In this document: positions 63,273 through 64,000 of the stretch, in pieces
Position numbering within the stretch: position 1 is the stretch's first letter
Layout: each line of letters begins with the position of its first letter
Source: an uncultured Gemmatimonadales bacterium
Lineage (GTDB): Bacteria; Gemmatimonadota; Gemmatimonadetes; Palauibacterales; Palauibacteraceae
NCBI GenBank assembly: GCA_963783385.1
Contig: CAWANJ010000009.1
Span: 256,001-320,000 of the forward strand
Reading direction: 5' to 3'
DNA: 64,000 bases
Notes under the pieces: model-generated
The model's input: the letters and a program-made list of their open reading frames with translations, nothing else
Database searches by the model: none
What the model was told of the DNA's origin: nothing
Position numbers and translations under genes: made by a program

Positions 63273-64000
63273 ATGCTGGGCGAGAGCGAGAGGACGGATC
63301 GGAGCCGCCACCGAGCCCGGGGCGCGCGGGTCGTACTGGTGCTCTCGGTGCTCGTGCTGGTGGGCGCCTTCTTCCGCCTGCAGGTGCTCCATTCGAGCAG
63401 CTACGAACTGCGCTCGGAGCGGAATCGCCTGCGCGCCATCACGGTGCCCGCGCCGCGCGGCACCATGTACGACCGCAATGGGCGCGTGATCGCCGAGAAC
63501 GTGCCCGGCTATTCGGTATCCCTCCTCCCGGGCCGTGAGGACACCGTGCGGGCCACCCTCGCGCGGTTGGCACCGATCCTCGGCCTCGACGCGCGCGACC
63601 AGCAGGCGCTCATGCAGAAGTACGAGGCCCTCCCGCAGCGTCCCCTCCTGGTGAGCGACGACGCCAGCTTCCGGCAGGTCTCCTCGATCGAGGAACGTCG
63701 GCCGGAGTTCCGCCGGGCCGTCGTGGACATGAGGCCGCGCCGGCGCTACCCGGACGGCCACGTGGTCGCCCACGTGGTCGGCTACGTCGGGGAGATCAGC
63801 GAATCCGAGCTCAAGAATCCGGCGTTCGCGGGCTACGACGCGGGTCGCATCGTGGGCAAGATGGGCCTGGAGCGCGAGTACGAGGACACCCTGGGCGGTG
63901 ACCCGGGCATCCGCTACGTCGAGGTCAACGCGCTCGGCTCGATCGTCCGCGAGATGGGGCCCGGTCCGGCCGTTCCCCCGGTGCCGGGCCACGATCTGGT
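63273..64000 (+). CDS. mrdA: Penicillin-binding protein 2 (runs off the window)
   Basis: Own translation: TM..FFRLQV, NRLRAITVPAPRGTMYDRNG.VIAEN, RRYP, HVVGYVGEI, GKMGLE.EYE..L.G. Confidence 0.92.
   Translation, partial: MLGESERTDRSRHRARGARVVLVLSVLVLVGAFFRLQVLHSSSYELRSERNRLRAITVPAPRGTMYDRNGRVIAENVPGYSVSLLPGREDTVRATLARLAPILGLDARDQQALMQKYEALPQRPLLVSDDASFRQVSSIEERRPEFRRAVVDMRPRRRYPDGHVVAHVVGYVGEISESELKNPAFAGYDAGRIVGKMGLEREYEDTLGGDPGIRYVEVNALGSIVREMGPGPAVPPVPGHDL

Overview
A very GC-rich (roughly 70%+ by eye), gene-dense stretch of core bacterial chromosome. I see no phage, IS, CRISPR array or rRNA. The gene mix suggests Gemmatimonadota or a related FCB-group lineage, which is inference. The pointers are an alt-GlmU-like nucleotidyltransferase, an FCB-type orphan His kinase, MurA with PGGD-x-IGRRR, a Minf_1886-family protein, Rex and gatCAB. 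Left to right: recJ-rsmD-coaD-pta-rsmA; a rex-headed amino-acid/acyl-CoA catabolic run (arcA, DEDDh exonuclease, MBL hydrolase, thiolase, bioY, CPBP protease, hbd, acyl-CoA DH, Leu DH, glyA, yigZ); two small conserved hypotheticals, nnr, thiL, plsC, eno, ftsB; two CAU tRNAs; psd-pssA-thiI-uppS-cdsA-dxr-rseP; a minus-strand manC/alt-glmU/MBL operon; lipoprotein-serS-HK-pcrA-gatCAB; a minus-strand EIIA/PII-like/cation-antiporter module plus a DUF948-like and a Zn-PLC-like gene; murA-pgeF; rimP-nusA-L7Ae-infB-DUF503-rbfA-truB-ribF-rpsO-pnp; M16 peptidase, ald and mreBCD-mrdA. coaD, the thiolase and nusA each carry a single-base frameshift, most likely an assembly error. The best candidates for undescribed biology are the EIIA-PII-like-antiporter module, the perfect Rex operator ahead of a ~11.7 kb catabolic run, the Minf_1886/Zn-ribbon pair and the structured rpsO/pnp leaders. 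All family calls come from motif recognition by eye; no database search was run.
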